This document shows positions 1-11,939 of a stretch of 64,000 nucleotides of DNA, piece by piece. The stretch lies in the sequence record PP400782, one strand, 5' to 3'. Positions within the stretch are counted from its first letter, which is position 1, and each line of letters starts with the position of its first letter. The notes beneath the pieces are model-generated. The model was not told the DNA's origin. It was given only the letters and a program-made list of their open reading frames with translations, and ran no database searches. The position numbers and the translations under genes were made by a program. The DNA comes from Escherichia phage FL31.

Positions 1-354
<354 letters not shown>

Positions 355-355
<1 letters not shown>

Positions 356-654
356 TATTTTATTCCTAAGAAAGTTTCAAGAATACGAATGTTATGCTCG
401 CGCCGGTCTTTATTAATTTCAGCAACGTTTTTATTAATTGACGTACTTCTAACGTTTGAAGAAATAAATTTAATCATATGACTTTTGAGTTGTTGCAAAT
501 CCAACCCTTTTTCTTTAGCAGCTTTACGAAGAGCTTTACCTGCTTCATCTAGTGCCTTTGCTGCATCTTTGTCATAATTGACAAGTGACATTCCACGGCA
601 GATATCAATATACTCATCAGACCGTTTGATGTAATTCTCTAGTAATGTTTTCAT
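355..654 (-). CDS. hypothetical protein (99 aa)
   Basis: ORF with GAGGAAA SD; preceded by early-promoter-like element. Confidence 0.4.
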
Positions 655-683
655 CTAGATTTCCTCAATTATCCATAGGAGCA

Positions 684-712
684 TTATACTCTGCTCCCGA
701 GAGTTTGTAAAC
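684..712 (-). promoter_or_regulatory. early promoter-like element (-35 GTTTAC, 17 bp spacer, -10 TATAAT)
   Basis: Minus strand reads GTTTACaaactctcgggagcagagTATAAT; near-identical cassette at 29846-29874. Confidence 0.45.
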
Positions 713-936
713 TATTTTACTAAAGATTCAATATACTCATGAAGAGCTTTAGTAGCTACTGCCCACTTATTCTGATATTCATTTTTCAGATTAGCACGAG
801 ACTGAACTAACAAGCTGTCATTAGTCGGAGGCAAAGATTCTAATCGTTGAATCTGGCGCCCATAAATCATAGCCGCCATTTCAGATTCATAGATAAGCCC
901 TTTAATGTGTTCAAGCTGTTCTTTAGTCATTGGCAT
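712..936 (-). CDS. hypothetical protein (74 aa)
   Basis: ORF with AAGAGGAAAA SD. Confidence 0.4.
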   Translation of the reverse strand: MPMTKEQLEHIKGLIYESEMAAMIYGRQIQRLESLPPTNDSLLVQSRANLKNEYQNKWAVATKALHEYIESLVK

Positions 937-1217
937 TTTTCCTCTTTTAAACCACTACGATAATAACATAACATAGTCTTCTGGTCATGTACATATCTTT
1001 TTACGTCGTTTAACCAGATACGAAATTCTTGAGAGTCTTCAAATGGCATTCCAACCCACGGATTACCATCAATAACCTTTACTTGCCATTTCTGGTTGTA
1101 TTCGGAAATAGGCGTAGGCCATGAAGGATGTAAAGTTTCTTTAGGGCTTACTGGCACATCCTGGGTACATCCAACTAGGAGACCAATAGATAATACAACT
1201 GCGGTTAATTTAATCAT
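927..1217 (-). CDS. o-spanin, outer-membrane lipoprotein (T4 PseT.2-like)
   Basis: N-terminal signal with lipobox LLVGC; C-terminal Cys; directly follows i-spanin-like gene with ATGA overlap. Confidence 0.6.
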   Translation of the reverse strand: MIKLTAVVLSIGLLVGCTQDVPVSPKETLHPSWPTPISEYNQKWQVKVIDGNPWVGMPFEDSQEFRIWLNDVKRYVHDQKTMLCYYRSGLKEEKCQ

Positions 1218-1570
1218 TCTGAGAGCTTCCTGAGGTCTTCTGCAAAGGAATCGAAGGACCTGTTGATTTGTTTTTCGACCAATCCTGGTTTACTTGCCAC
1301 CACGTTCTTCTTCTTCGAATCCTTACGGAGCTTTTCATTTTCAGCCTTAAGTTGGTCAACTAAAACACGGTTCTTATAAGTCATTTCTTCGATTGACTGA
1401 TATTGAACCTTGAAGTCGTCTAATACTTTAGCATTGTTTTTAGCAGTCTCTTTTACTGTAGCCAATTCAGTATTCAGCGAATCGACTTTATGGTTCAGAA
1501 ATGCTATTGTTACAGTAGCAACAACCGCAAAAGCTGCCACTACAATATATGATGCATTTACTTTAAGCAT
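1214..1570 (-). CDS. i-spanin (T4 PseT.3-like), N-terminal TM helix plus coiled coil
   Basis: Hydrophobic N-terminus then charged heptad-like region (ELATVKETAKNNAKVLDDFK...KLRKDSKKK). Confidence 0.6.
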   Translation of the reverse strand: MLKVNASYIVVAAFAVVATVTIAFLNHKVDSLNTELATVKETAKNNAKVLDDFKVQYQSIEEMTYKNRVLVDQLKAENEKLRKDSKKKNVVASKPGLVEKQINRSFDSFAEDLRKLSE

Positions 1571-2058
1571 GTTTGAATAATCTCAATGATTTCGTCTCGG
1601 GATAATCCATTGATAAGAACTGTTTTAGGCCCGTCAGTTTGGATTTTGTATGATTCAAACAATACACACAACTCTTCTGCTGTATGATATGGGCTTGAGA
1701 TTCCGAGACGGTTGAATTTGTCGGTAAGAGGGTCGCAAATGATGTAGAATTTGATACCTGCGATATGTACGTTTGGTTGACTAATATTAATGAACACATT
1801 AGCGTCATATTTAGTCAAATTGTTTTGAAGAAATTCTACCATAGCATTAACTGCTTCCGGCATCGCTTCGCGTTTCTCTTCAGCGTATCGGGTGGAATAC
1901 TCTTTTTGTTTTACTTTCTTTTTAAGATTTTTGGCCAGTGTAACACGTAGGTCAGTAAGATAACCAACTGGACGTCCTTTCTTAAAGACCCGGATTCCGT
2001 CAGTTGTGTCTCCAAAAGCGGTTACGACCATATCGTTAGTAATCAATTGCATATTCAT
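1558..2058 (-). CDS. hypothetical protein (~166 aa; start taken at MNMQ with GAGGAG SD)
   Basis: ORF; first ATG of the track ORF lies in the upstream promoter region. Confidence 0.45.
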   Translation of the reverse strand: MNMQLITNDMVVTAFGDTTDGIRVFKKGRPVGYLTDLRVTLAKNLKKKVKQKEYSTRYAEEKREAMPEAVNAMVEFLQNNLTKYDANVFINISQPNVHIAGIKFYIICDPLTDKFNRLGISSPYHTAEELCVLFESYKIQTDGPKTVLINGLSRDEIIEIIQTCLK

Positions 2059-2088
2059 AATTTTCTCCTCGTATTGTTGATAAAAGCC

Positions 2089-2118
2089 ATAGTAACACCT
2101 TCCTTGGTGTTTGTAAAC
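2089..2118 (-). promoter_or_regulatory. early promoter-like element (-35 GTTTAC, -10 TACTAT)
   Basis: Minus strand GTTTAC-N18-TACTAT upstream of 1558..2058. Confidence 0.4.
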
Positions 2119-2120
2119 CA

Positions 2121-3254
<1,134 letters not shown>

Positions 3255-3270
3255 TCAGTTAGTTTTTTAA

Positions 3271-3300
3271 ATTGTACCACAATCCTTGTGGTATGTAAAC
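3271..3300 (-). promoter_or_regulatory. early promoter-like element (-35 GTTTAC, -10 TACAAT)
   Basis: Minus strand GTTTACataccacaaggattgtgGTACAAT upstream of the RNA ligase start. Confidence 0.45.
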
Positions 3301-3710
3301 TACTTTTTCTTATGTTGGATATTCCAAGGCGGGTTGAACTTTTTGATAAAAAGCGGTTCTTCAAGGTCCATTGTTGCGATGGTCATTGAACCAAGTTCGT
3401 TGGTGACTGAAAGGTCAAAACATTGGCGGGCCCAGAATTCAACCTTTTTGCCTTGCATTAAGGCATCCAAAATCATAAGTGATTTTCTTGAATCTGAAGT
3501 CTGGTCTTTTCGATTTATGGCTGTTCGATAATAGTTAATGCGTTTCTTTAAATTCTTGGTTTTACCAATATACACAAGTTCGTCATCTATAGCAATAGCA
3601 TATATGACATTTTTCTTATTAGGGACATCAACTGTTTTAATTGTTGCATCTTCTAATAGCTCCAATTCTGTATATTTAATAAAGGAATATTCGGCGGCGA
3701 TATCTTTCAT
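3300..3710 (-). CDS. denA: endonuclease II (DenA), GIY-YIG-like nuclease
   Basis: 136 aa; VYIGKTKNLKKRINYY motif; position downstream of nrdB as in T4. Confidence 0.85.
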   Translation of the reverse strand: MKDIAAEYSFIKYTELELLEDATIKTVDVPNKKNVIYAIAIDDELVYIGKTKNLKKRINYYRTAINRKDQTSDSRKSLMILDALMQGKKVEFWARQCFDLSVTNELGSMTIATMDLEEPLFIKKFNPPWNIQHKKK

Positions 3711-3716
3711 AATAAA

Positions 3717-3734
3717 GTGGGACCGAAGTCCCGT
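3717..3734 (-). terminator. UUCG-tetraloop hairpin at the nrdB 3' end (weak terminator or stability element)
   Basis: gggac-ttcg-gtccc stem-loop on the minus strand overlapping the nrdB stop; poor U tract. Confidence 0.3.
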
Positions 3735-3736
3735 CC

Positions 3737-4258
3737 TTAGAAATATTTTTTGTATGAATTGATTACATTTTGGTCTACATCATTATCAATTTGTGCGACA
3801 AGATAAGAACTGATTTCAACTTCCTGAGGAGCTGCTTGAACTAAATCAGAGTTCAGATATTCACGAATCCAAGGATACGGATGCTTGGTCGGAGCATCAG
3901 TAATTGGACATGGCAAACCACACTGTTTCATACGAGACACAGTCAAGTAATCAACAAAAGCACACATACTCTGCGTATTGATACCTGGACATGTACCATC
4001 TTTAAAGAGGTGTGCAGCCCATTCCTTCTCTTGACTATTTACTTCCATAAAAATGTCAACTGCTTCTTGTTCACATTCTTTAGCAATTTGAACCCACTCA
4101 TCACCGTCAGTACCAGATTGAAGTTGACGGATAATGTACTGAGTACCCTTGAGATGGAGTTGTTCGTCACGAGCAATGAACTTCATAATCTTTGCATTAC
4201 CTTCCATAATTTCCATGTTCTTATGGAAGTTAAAGGTACCGTTATGTTCGATTGAGCT
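3737..4258 (-). CDS. nrdB: ribonucleotide reductase small subunit NrdB, exon 2 (5' boundary approximate)
   Basis: MEGNAKI...ARDEQLHL and C-terminal region match NrdB; reading frame open upstream to the predicted 3' splice site. Confidence 0.75.
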   Translation of the reverse strand, partial: SSIEHNGTFNFHKNMEIMEGNAKIMKFIARDEQLHLKGTQYIIRQLQSGTDGDEWVQIAKECEQEAVDIFMEVNSQEKEWAAHLFKDGTCPGINTQSMCAFVDYLTVSRMKQCGLPCPITDAPTKHPYPWIREYLNSDLVQAAPQEVEISSYLVAQIDNDVDQNVINSYKKYF

Positions 4259-4375
4259 CGCTAATTCTCAACCCGTTCTCTTATGAACTGCTACATATTA
4301 CTATGCAGACCAGACTATATCACAATCCCAGAGGGATTCTCCCCATTTCGAGTCGCTTGACCCTACGTCCGAAGA

Positions 4376-5185
4376 CTAGTCGTTGAACCTTGCTTTGCAA
4401 TTGTCGCCGTGCCATCGTTTATATGTTGATGGTGATAAATCTTTCTTATCACAATATGGACAATTCAATTGAATTCTATTTGGATTTAATTTACATCTAT
4501 CATTATGTTTTAGATAAAATCCAGGACCTTTACCAATGTGACCGCAGAAATCACATGTGATTTCTTTTTGTGCAGGATGGGTTCCGTTCTTAACCATTTC
4601 TAATGTTTTTGCTGATGTTCTTTTCTTATGGTCTTCTGACAAGAAATGATGTGAACCGTCATTTACCCGTTTTGATTGAGTTTCTGACTGCATTTTACCA
4701 CCGCAAAATACATGAGTACCTTCTTTTATAGCTGCAATATTGCGTTCTTTAACTTTTGCAATATGCTCAGCTTGTTGAAAATTATGTATACCTAATGCAA
4801 CTCTATTTAAATTAGATTTACGCTGTATTTCACCGTCTAAAAGATGAAATGTACCATTTTCTATCTTAGATTTAATAGAGGCAATATTTTTAGCTCGTAC
4901 TTCAGGGATATTAAAAATCTGGATTTCTCTAGATTTTGCGGCTTTAGAAGCTAATTCAGAAATTTCTTCAGGAGAATATTTCATTCTAAGCTTTATAGCG
5001 TGACAAGCCTGGTAATCTTTTTGAGCTAAATGTATATCATAATGTTCCTGTATAGAAAGGCACATCAAATTATCTAAATCATTATTTTCACGGTTACCGT
5101 CTTTATGATGGATTTCGTATGTTCTTCCATCAGAATCTTTAGGTATAGGTCCGTTAGCATCTATCCAAATTTTTCTATAGTTCAA
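4376..5185 (-). CDS. intron-encoded HNH homing endonuclease (I-TevIII-like, full length 269 aa)
   Basis: HNH motif EIHHKDGNRENNDLDNLMCLSIQEH; repeated NIAAIK..GTH modules; C-terminal Cys-rich zinc finger; apparent TTG start with AAGAGG SD. Confidence 0.8.
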   Translation of the reverse strand: MNYRKIWIDANGPIPKDSDGRTYEIHHKDGNRENNDLDNLMCLSIQEHYDIHLAQKDYQACHAIKLRMKYSPEEISELASKAAKSREIQIFNIPEVRAKNIASIKSKIENGTFHLLDGEIQRKSNLNRVALGIHNFQQAEHIAKVKERNIAAIKEGTHVFCGGKMQSETQSKRVNDGSHHFLSEDHKKRTSAKTLEMVKNGTHPAQKEITCDFCGHIGKGPGFYLKHNDRCKLNPNRIQLNCPYCDKKDLSPSTYKRWHGDNCKARFND

Positions 5186-5212
5186 TTGTGCATCCTCTTA
5201 AAAGTATAATCA

Positions 5213-5220
5213 TATTTATA
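5213..5220 (-). promoter_or_regulatory. late promoter TATAAATA inside the intron, upstream of the endonuclease ORF
   Basis: Exact TATAAATA on the minus strand about 28 nt upstream of the ORF start. Confidence 0.5.
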
Positions 5221-5334
5221 TTATACTAATTAAAGGTGCAAGCAAAACCTTGGCTGCTAGTTTTCCTATAAAGGACTTTCCAGCAATTAAAGGAGTTTTC
5301 GATAAACGTTACCGTTTAAAGGCGCATTTTACGC

Positions 5335-6018
5335 AAAAGATACATAAAAACGAATAGCTTCTAAGGCATTAATAACGTGTAAACAGAGGTAAAGAGATTT
5401 CATTAAAGCACGTTTAGCTTCGGCTTCTTGTTTAATAGCTCGGTTTAAACGAAAATCAGCATCAGGAGATTCTTTAGCTAGTTCTACAAATTCTTTAGCA
5501 TTTTCCCAATAACGAGTTTTAACCAGAACATCATCGTAATATTTACCTATTGATTCAGCTCGTTTCATGATTGCTTCGTCTAATACAATCTCATCAAATA
5601 CCTTAGATGGATCGGTATAAAGATTTCGCATAATATGAGTGTACGAACGAGAGTGAATAGTTTCACTGAATGTCCATGTTGCAACCCACGTATCTAATGA
5701 AGGGTCGGAAATCAGTGCCATAAGTACCGCAGATGGGGCCCTGCCTTGGATAGAATCTAATAATGATTGATACTTAAGATTGTTTGTAAAGATGTCCTGT
5801 TGGAACTGAGGAAGCTTATTGAACTGCGCAGAGTCCAACATCAAGTTTACCTCTTCTGGGCGCCAGAAAAACGACAATTGCTTTTCAATAAGTTCTTCAA
5901 AAACTTTATGTCGCTGAATATCATAACGTGCGAGGCCAAGACCAGAACCAAAGAACATTGGTTCATTCAAAACATCGACTTGTTGTGTGTTAAAAACTGT
6001 ACTCATTATATTTCTCAC
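5335..6018 (-). CDS. nrdB: ribonucleotide reductase small subunit NrdB, exon 1 (3' boundary approximate)
   Basis: Class Ia R2 N-terminal region ending ...LHVINALEAIRFYVSF; track ORF stops just inside the intron. Confidence 0.8.
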
Positions 6019-6060
6019 TTAGTTATTAACTCATCCATGAGTAAATTATAATCAAAAGTC

Positions 6061-8343
6061 TTAAAGCTTACAAGCAGAACAATCTTCAGCTTTAGGTGTT
6101 TCTAATTCATAGTCATCTGTACCTGACCCATCACGGGTGTTATGATAGTAGAGGTTTTTTCCGCCAAAGTACCAGAAGTAAAGCAGATCGTCAAGCATTA
6201 CTGACATTGGCACTTTACCTTTCTCAAATACTGCAGGGTCATAGTAAGTATTAGCAGAAGCAGATTGGCACACCCATTTCAACATGATAGCAACTTGGGT
6301 CAAATAAGGTTTATTACCTTTCTTAGCAAGTTTCCACGCGTAGTCGTAAAGACTCATGTTATGTTCTATATTAGGAACAACCTGTCGGAAGTTGCCTTCT
6401 TTAGATTCTTTAATACTTACTGGACCACGTGGGGGCTCAATCCCGTTTGTAGAGTTCGATACTTGACTGCTTGACTCACAAGGCATGAGTGCAGACAACG
6501 TTGAGTTACGAATTCCATGTTCTTTGAGTTCAGCTCGAAGTTCTTCCCAGTCACAGACATAGTTCGGGGCTGCGATTTGGTCAATCTTTTTATTGTACCA
6601 GTCGATAGGTAATTCGCCTCTAGACCATTTAGTGTCTGAATAATACTCACAAGGTCCTTTTTCTTTGGCGAGTTTGATTGATGCTTTGATAAGGCCATAT
6701 TGCAATCTCTCGAACAATTCATGGGTCAAATCGTTAGCGTCTTCATATGAAGCAAAGTTAGAAGCTAACCATGCAGCATAGTTCGTCACACCAACACCAA
6801 GATTACGACGCTTTTTAGCTTTTAAAGCTTCTGGAACCGGATAATCTTGATAGTCTAACAGGTTATCAAGTGCACGTACTTGTACTTCAGCAAGTTCATT
6901 AATTTTATCTTGGTCTTGCCAATCAAATTTATCTAATACAAAAGCAGATAATGTGCATAAACCAATTTCAGCATCAGGACCATTCACATCATTAGTTGGA
7001 ATAGCGATTTCACAACATAAGTTACTCTGACGAATTGGAGCTTTTTCACGAATAAACGGAGTGTAGTTATTCGTGTTATCAACAAACTGTGGATAAATTC
7101 GAGCAGTGCCAGAACGTTCAGTCATGAACAATTCAAAGAGTTCTAGTGCTTTGATTCTTTTCTTTCTGATTGTTGGGTCTTTTTCAGCTTTCTCATAAAG
7201 CTCACGGAATTTATCTTGATCTTCAAAGAACGAGTAGTATAGTTCGCCTGACATTTCGTGAGGGCTAAATAAAGTAATATAATCATTTTTACCAAGGCGT
7301 TCCATCATAAGGTCATTAATCTGAATTCCGTAGTCCATATGTCGAATACGGTTTTCATCCACGCCTTTGTTATTTTTCAGAACTAATAGGTTCTCTACTT
7401 CTAAGTGCCACATCGGATAATACGCTGTAGCAGCACCACCACGAATACCGCCTTGAGAACAAGATTTTACTGCAGTTTGGAAATGTTTCCAGAATGGAAT
7501 AACACCTGTATGTCGAACTTCACCCATACCGATCTTAGAACCTTCTGCACGAAGCATACCAACGTTGATACCAATACCAGCTCGTTTAGAAATATATTCA
7601 ATAATTGATGCTGAAGTTTTGTTAATAGATTTTAACGAATCACCGGCTTCAATAACTACACAACTAGAGAACTGGCGAGTCGGAGTACGAGCACCTGCCA
7701 TAATTGGAGTTGGCAATGAAACTTGATGAGTAGAAACGGCATCATAAAAACGAATAATATGTTTCAAACGGTCATGAGTTTCGTCTTGGTGTAAGGCCAT
7801 ACCAATAGCCATGATAGCAAACTGCGGAGTTTCATAAATCTTACCAGTTGTTTTATCTTTAACCAGGTATTTTTCTTTAAGCTGCATAGCACCAGCATAA
7901 GTCAGGTCAAAGTCTCGTTCATGTTTAATCTGTGAATCGAGATAAATGATTTCTTCTGCTGAATATTGAGACAACAGCTCAGGGTCATATTTGCCTTCAT
8001 TAACACAGTAAGAAATATGGTCGATAAAAGCAGGTGGTTCAAACTGCTCATATACATCTTTACGAAGTGCAAACATTAGACCTTTGGCGGCGACATACTG
8101 ATAATCAGGTTCTTCGACAGAAATCGAGTTAGCTGCAACTTTAATACAAATCTTCTGAATATCTTTGGTGCTCATCCCATCAACCAGATGAGTCTTAATT
8201 TCTTCATACAATTCGTATGGGTCAATTTGTGTTCCTTCACATTGCCAAGTTAAGACTTGAATAATTTTCTGTGCATCAAAATTTTGTGATACACCACTGC
8301 TCTTAGTTACTTGCATATATTCCTCGGATAGATTGATAGACAT
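6061..8343 (-). CDS. nrdA: ribonucleotide reductase large subunit NrdA (class Ia)
   Basis: 760 aa; catalytic Cys region NLCCEIAIP and C-terminal tail consistent with NrdA. Confidence 0.95.
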   Translation of the reverse strand: MSINLSEEYMQVTKSSGVSQNFDAQKIIQVLTWQCEGTQIDPYELYEEIKTHLVDGMSTKDIQKICIKVAANSISVEEPDYQYVAAKGLMFALRKDVYEQFEPPAFIDHISYCVNEGKYDPELLSQYSAEEIIYLDSQIKHERDFDLTYAGAMQLKEKYLVKDKTTGKIYETPQFAIMAIGMALHQDETHDRLKHIIRFYDAVSTHQVSLPTPIMAGARTPTRQFSSCVVIEAGDSLKSINKTSASIIEYISKRAGIGINVGMLRAEGSKIGMGEVRHTGVIPFWKHFQTAVKSCSQGGIRGGAATAYYPMWHLEVENLLVLKNNKGVDENRIRHMDYGIQINDLMMERLGKNDYITLFSPHEMSGELYYSFFEDQDKFRELYEKAEKDPTIRKKRIKALELFELFMTERSGTARIYPQFVDNTNNYTPFIREKAPIRQSNLCCEIAIPTNDVNGPDAEIGLCTLSAFVLDKFDWQDQDKINELAEVQVRALDNLLDYQDYPVPEALKAKKRRNLGVGVTNYAAWLASNFASYEDANDLTHELFERLQYGLIKASIKLAKEKGPCEYYSDTKWSRGELPIDWYNKKIDQIAAPNYVCDWEELRAELKEHGIRNSTLSALMPCESSSQVSNSTNGIEPPRGPVSIKESKEGNFRQVVPNIEHNMSLYDYAWKLAKKGNKPYLTQVAIMLKWVCQSASANTYYDPAVFEKGKVPMSVMLDDLLYFWYFGGKNLYYHNTRDGSGTDDYELETPKAEDCSACKL

Positions 8344-8402
8344 TACTCCAAACGGGATAGTATTTATCCCGTTAATTTATTATACACTTTTAAACTGAAG
8401 CG

Positions 8403-8657
8403 TTAATTATTCTTAGCAATAATTTCTTTGTATTCTTTAGGAGTCAAGACCGTAATATCGAAATAAACCAATGGTTCTTTTTCCATACCGTAACCACCAC
8501 AAAATTCGCGATATTCATAAATTCGTTCGTGTGAATGGCAAATGAATCGTTCACCTTTAACTGTGATTTCACTATTTGGTGAAGGGATATCCAGTTCACT
8601 TGGATTTTTCATTTCAAAAATTGTGGTGCCATATGAATTAATAAAACGTAAAATCAT
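8403..8657 (-). CDS. hypothetical protein (84 aa)
   Basis: ORF between td and nrdA. Confidence 0.4.
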   Translation of the reverse strand: MILRFINSYGTTIFEMKNPSELDIPSPNSEITVKGERFICHSHERIYEYREFCGGYGMEKEPLVYFDITVLTPKEYKEIIAKNN

Positions 8658-8658
8658 T

Positions 8659-10354
<1,696 letters not shown>

Positions 10355-10416
10355 TTTATTCTCCTTCACTTTTGATTTGATAGGGCTACTATAACATAAC
10401 CCTATCTGATTATACA

Positions 10417-10809
10417 CTACTTTTTAAAAGTTTTTTGCAAAAGTTTGATGATTTCGTCGACGTTGGTTTCATCTACGATACAATGGATTTTTGTTACACC
10501 TAAAGTTATACCTTCGTTAGTAGGTTGAGGCTTTACTAAATCTACCTCAGTAAAGTATTTGAACTCGTCATGATAAATCTCAAAATAAGTTTCAATTTCA
10601 CCACCGGCAGAACATACCGTACCGTCTTCCATAGTTACACTTACTACGTTTGACGTATCGCTATCATAATCAGGTTCCATTCCGTTTACAACAAAACTAG
10701 GCCCGTGGAGTTCAATCAATTTTAACATCTTAGCGTTATTGTGTGGTGCTTCTTGAACAAAGTCGTCTTTAAATAAAGGGTTAATGATATAAGATTTTCC
10801 GATTTTCAT
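10417..10809 (-). CDS. hypothetical protein (130 aa)
   Basis: ORF with GAGGAAAT SD. Confidence 0.45.
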   Translation of the reverse strand: MKIGKSYIINPLFKDDFVQEAPHNNAKMLKLIELHGPSFVVNGMEPDYDSDTSNVVSVTMEDGTVCSAGGEIETYFEIYHDEFKYFTEVDLVKPQPTNEGITLGVTKIHCIVDETNVDEIIKLLQKTFKK

Positions 10810-10838
10810 TTTGATTTCCTCATGTTGTTGATAGGTCT

Positions 10839-10867
10839 ATACTAACACATCCAGGTAAGAAGTAAAC
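10839..10867 (-). promoter_or_regulatory. early promoter-like element (-35 GTTTAC, -10 TAGTAT) with AGACCTATCAA box
   Basis: Minus strand GTTTACttcttacctggatgtgtTAGTATagacctatcaa. Confidence 0.4.
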
Positions 10868-10892
10868 AACTTTTTCGGCAATTTACAGATAC

Positions 10893-10916
10893 TCAAAAGG
10901 GAGACCGAAGTCTCCC
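10893..10916 (-). terminator. rho-independent terminator after gene 32
   Basis: Minus strand gggagac-UUCG-gtctccc followed by a U run, 7 nt past the gene 32 stop. Confidence 0.65.
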
Positions 10917-10922
10917 AATTTA

Positions 10923-11822
10923 TTATAGACCAGCTAACAGGTCATCGAGGTCGCCATCGTCAGAAGACGAGGAACTCATGAAGTCATCTTCAGTTTTTGC
11001 AGAACCAAAGGCTTCCATGTCTTTATCAAAATCGTCAAGGTCAGAAGCAACTTTATCTGCAACAGAAGCTGCTGCGGCTGCTGCACCACCAAGAGCGGCA
11101 GTACCAAGAACTTGATTAAATTTAGTATTCAATTCTTCAAACGATTTGAACTTATCTTTAGAAGTCATTTCAGAAAGGTCAACCATTTGTTCGAACAATT
11201 CTTTCTGGAAAGATTCATCATCAATGTTTGGAATCGCAGATTGATTCAGGAATTTAGATTCGTCGTAGTTACTGAAACCAGAAACCTGTTTAACTTTCAG
11301 CACAAAGTTAGCACCTTCCCATGGGCAAGTTACATCAACAGGAGTTTCACCCATTTCAGTATCGACTGCAATCATTGCATTGATTTTGTCCCAAATCTTT
11401 TTACCGAAACGATATTTGAATACTTTACCTTCATTATCTGGAGCTTGAGGGTCTTTAACAACCAGAATATTAGCCCAATAAGAAGTTTTACGTTTCAGTT
11501 GAGAATATTCAGTTTTGTTGGTATTGTACAGGTCATTTTTACTAATGTACTGACATACAGGACAAGAGTCATAATCGCCGTGTGTAGATGAACAGGTTTC
11601 AATATACCATTTACCATTTTTCTTGAACCCGTGGTTAACAAGAATTGTAAACGGAAGTGCGTCATCTGTTTTTGCCGGCAGGAAACGAATTACCGCTTGA
11701 CCATTACCGGATGCATCGAGTTTCAGCTTCCATTCACCTTTATCTTCTGAAGAGAAACCTTTGTTACCATTCAGTTTAGCCATCTGAGCTGCGAGGTCTG
11801 CGGTACTTTTACGTTTAAACAT
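10923..11822 (-). CDS. 32: single-stranded DNA-binding protein gp32
   Basis: 299 aa; zinc-binding region [11 protein letters not shown]; acidic C-terminus; matches recalled T4 gp32. Confidence 0.95.
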   Translation of the reverse strand: MFKRKSTADLAAQMAKLNGNKGFSSEDKGEWKLKLDASGNGQAVIRFLPAKTDDALPFTILVNHGFKKNGKWYIETCSSTHGDYDSCPVCQYISKNDLYNTNKTEYSQLKRKTSYWANILVVKDPQAPDNEGKVFKYRFGKKIWDKINAMIAVDTEMGETPVDVTCPWEGANFVLKVKQVSGFSNYDESKFLNQSAIPNIDDESFQKELFEQMVDLSEMTSKDKFKSFEELNTKFNQVLGTAALGGAAAAAASVADKVASDLDDFDKDMEAFGSAKTEDDFMSSSSSDDGDLDDLLAGL

Positions 11823-11902
11823 TTTATTTGCCTTTATTTAGATTATTAATTAAATTTTACAGTTGGTTGCTACGACACTTATACCTCGTAGCTGGTATGT
11901 TT
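11823..11902 (-). promoter_or_regulatory. gene 32 5' leader: AU-rich unstructured tract next to the start codon plus upstream hairpin (translational operator-like)
   Basis: mRNA-sense leader aaccaactgtaaaatttaattaataatctaaataaaggcaaataaaATG; 7-bp stem gctacga/tcgtagc upstream. Confidence 0.45.
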
Positions 11903-11910
11903 TATTTATA
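11903..11910 (-). promoter_or_regulatory. late promoter TATAAATA upstream of gene 32
   Basis: Exact TATAAATA on the minus strand; T4 gene 32 is known to have a late promoter. Confidence 0.5.
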
Positions 11911-11939
11911 CGGTAATTCTAACACAGATAAAATAAAGC

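Larger units (their letters stand above)
4259..5334 (-). mobile_element. group I self-splicing intron in nrdB carrying an HNH homing endonuclease ORF (boundaries approximate)
   Basis: NrdB reading frame interrupted after ...AIRFYVSF(A) and resumes at SSIEHNGTF...; about 1.08 kb insert with structured flanks and an internal endonuclease ORF; T-even nrdB is a known intron site. Confidence 0.75.

Noticed and set aside
1563-1808. 81-aa minus-strand ORF
   Set aside because: Alternative frame inside the 1558..2058 ORF
8352-8378. Hairpin (aacggga...tcccgtt) upstream of nrdA considered as a terminator
   Set aside because: No U tract and it lies in the nrdA 5' leader; more likely a leader structure, function unclear
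10380-10440. Early promoter call (-35 TTGCAA, -10 TGTATAAT)
   Set aside because: Spacer about 20 bp and the element overlaps the 3' end of the upstream ORF; kept out of the feature list
11112-11591. 159-aa plus-strand ORF
   Set aside because: Lies entirely antisense within the gene 32 coding region
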